NCBI GenBank assembly: GCA_951406725.2
Contig: OX597836.1
Coordinates: 15,562,001-15,626,000, forward strand
Direction of reading: 5' to 3'
Origin: Octopus vulgaris
Lineage: Eukaryota
DNA length: 64,000 nt
The notes beneath the pieces are model-generated. The model saw nothing but the letters and a program-made list of their open reading frames with translations. It was not told the DNA's origin and searched no databases. Below, one piece after another: positions 61,805-64,000 of this stretch. The translations under genes and the position numbers were made by a program. Numbering within the stretch: position 1 is the first letter of the stretch; each line of letters begins with the position of its first letter.

Positions 61805-62137
61805 GGCGCGTGGCTCAGTGGTTAGAGCGTCGAGCTTATGATCGTGAGGTTGTGAGCTCGAATTCCGGACCGGGCTGCGTGTTGTGTTCTTGAGCAAGAC
61901 ACTTTATTTCACGTCGCTCCAGTTCACTCAGCTGTAGAAATGAGTTGCGACGTCACTGGTGCCAAGCTGTATCGGTCCCTTTGCCTTTCCCTTGGACAAC
62001 ATCGGTGACGTGGAGAGGGGAGGCCGGTATGCATGGGCGACTGCTGGTCTCCCATAAAACAACCTTGCCCAGACTTGTGCCTCAGAGGGTAACACTCTAG
62101 GTGCAAACCCATGGTCAGTGTCTGACCGAAGGGGGTC
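61805..62137 (+). mobile_element. tRNA-derived SINE family E, full length
   Basis: ggcgcgtggctcagtggttagagcg A-box, gagctcgaattcc B-box, then gtgttcttgagcaagacact central domain. Confidence 0.85.
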
Positions 62138-62424
62138 ACCAAAAGATGTTTTATGTGACACATTCTACCAGTGTCTGAAGTTTGAAAGTGTTTAGTTACA
62201 AAAAATTATTTTTAAAAATCTGTTTGTCAAAAGGTAAAGATCCGTCTTTTCCTTACCTACCCACCTTACCAACACAAGTTCTCCTTTCTCACCCAGTGTC
62301 ACCACTACATATTGCTCGCTCTGTAAGTCACAAAAGAGGCAGACCGTTTCCTTAATTGCGGCTATGAGGGGGTGCCGAAGAGATCCTGGCTTTGGGTAAA
62401 AGAAAATACAGGCAGATCAGTTAT

Positions 62425-62562
62425 GATTTTATTCAACATATTCCCTTCTCAGATTCACACACTTATTGAAGCAGTCCTTCGGTTTTTCTAAGCCCTGTAA
62501 AAGAACTTGGAAGATTGGGCCTCCAGCTATACCTTTCATGATACCCTTAAAGCCAGGAACCT
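62425..62562 (-). mobile_element. Mariner transposase C-terminal relic
   Basis: The reverse complement resembles the mariner end (EAQSSKFFYR...KCVNLRREYVE*, frameshifted). Confidence 0.6.
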
Positions 62563-62681
62563 CTCATCACCCTCTTGTATATCAACTGTAACATCTAGGT
62601 TAATTATAATTAATTTTAATGACTATGATAACTATAATAGAAATGTATCGATTGACACCTTCACTGTCTCCCATTTTGCAG

Positions 62682-62890
62682 TTACAAGAAATATGTGATG
62701 CTTGATCCTCTGGGTGTGGTGACAAAGACACGCGAAGATATTGGAGAGGAGGATGGTCTGACTGAAGCTCCAAGCAGTATTGCCAAAAATGAGGAGATTA
62801 AACGATTGGAAGCTGACAACTATTTCTACGTCCCCAGTATTGGCAATGTTCCAGAAATTACTGCCCCAACTTCCTTACCTGATTTACCAG
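62682..62890 (+). CDS. WASHC1: WASH1 second coding exon ([11 protein letters not shown]...[13 protein letters not shown]...LPDLP)
   Basis: ttttgcag| acceptor; phase 2 completes ENL-YKKY; CAG|gtcagt donor. Confidence 0.95.
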
Positions 62891-63805
62891 GTCAGTATTA
62901 GAAACCATTTACAACATCCATGATTATGTCCTGGCAGAAAGACTGCCCTCCGGGTGGTTTTCTGTTAGTCACTTGATAATACTTTTACATTTGATTCCCA
63001 ATTCTTATAATTTTTATGATTTTTACATCTAATTATTTCTTTGTATAATAATGCTCACTTGCTTAAATATTGCTTTGATTATTTTATCATAGTCATAATC
63101 TCTCTTTTTTAAACAAACATCAAGGTAGTCCGACTATGGAGGGGAAAGCAGTTTGTCAAGTTTTACCTTCCCTTCAAAGCAATGTAGAGATTTCAATTCA
63201 GCAGCCCATCTAGAAGCTTTGCAGTATGAACAAACATTGTCAAAGAGACTCTCTGCATTGTGTGCCTGTACAATAGACAGGACTGCCTGTTCTTGAAAAT
63301 TATTGAAACTGGCTTTCTTGCTAATCCTTTAGCAGAATTCTTCCTAGTTTGAAAATTTTTTCATCTGTACTCCTGCTATAAATATTAGGTATTGTCTCTC
63401 AGCACTGTATATGATGGCACTGGTGTTTCTCTTTGTATCTCACTGAGGTTTGGAAGGCTTCCCATTTGATACTGATTATCAATAGGCAACTGAACAGTCA
63501 CAGACAGTGAAAGCTGACTCAGTGTCTTATTTTATTCTCCTCTTGAGATACCCTAGCCAGTCATGTGTAGCAGAAATAGAATCATCTTTGTCTATGTGCA
63601 TATTCAGACATTTGTTTTAGTCGCTTTGCCCTGGTTTTCCATTGGTCAAGTCTTTAATAATTGCTCTGTGGTTGGTAAACCACTCCTGCGCCTATATTTT
63701 TGAAATGTACTTCCTTTCATTCTTTGGTTGTGTATTAAGATTCTTTCATACAGTCAAATGTATTACTATGTCTCACCTAGCATTTTCTTTTTCGTCTCTT
63801 TGTAG

Positions 63806-64000
63806 GTGTTGCTGATGATGTCTCCTACATGGCCGATTTGGGCCCATCTATTGCTCCCTCCGTACCCAGTAGCATGCCTGACCTGCCCACCATTGGGGAA
63901 TCTGATAGCCTTGACTTTGACAAGCCTTCGCTGTCCACAACCGAGCTTCCAAGTGCGGCTGGAGGCAGTGCCACAGTCGCCAACAGCACGGCATCGCCCG
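63806..64000 (+). CDS. WASHC1: WASH1 third coding exon, runs off the window (GVADDVSYMADLGPSIAPS...)
   Basis: tttgtag| acceptor, phase 1; matches the conserved WASH LPG(I/V)AxDLxY...GPxIAPS segment. Confidence 0.93.
   Translation, partial: MLLMMSPTWPIWAHLLLPPYPVACLTCPPLGNLIALTLTSLRCPQPSFQVRLEAVPQSPTARHRP

Noticed and set aside
61805-61878. tRNA genes at SINE heads (also 40485, 45800 and 56910)
   Set aside because: A/B boxes are present, but the cloverleaf is imperfect and continues into repeat bodies; these are SINE heads.

Overview
AT-rich, microsatellite- and SINE-saturated animal genomic DNA. The repeat families and intron style point to a coleoid cephalopod, most likely Octopus (inference). 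Two spliced protein-coding genes lie on the + strand. (1) A 15-exon gene (6753-49272) assembled by hand: all introns are GT-AG, all phases are compatible, and the CDS is 1947 nt (648 aa). It encodes a type-I membrane protein with a signal peptide, two ependymin/LolA-like repeats, a SEA-like segment, a Ser/Thr stalk, one TM helix and a short tail. (2) The first three coding exons of WASH1/WASHC1 (58447 to the window end). Almost all other listed ORFs are microsatellite or transposon artefacts. Introns and intergenic DNA hold several tRNA-derived SINE families, RTE, CR1/L2 and R4/Dong-type LINE fragments, mariner, hAT, MULE and pogo-like MITEs, and fold-back Penelope-like relics with minimal hammerhead ribozymes. 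The two most unusual signals are a tRNA-headed short element carrying a Penelope-type hammerhead and inverted 5' duplications (56885-57431, 60161-60458), and SINE concatemers that rejoin at the same anticodon-arm position at independent loci. Coordinates were counted by hand; repeat boundaries are approximate.
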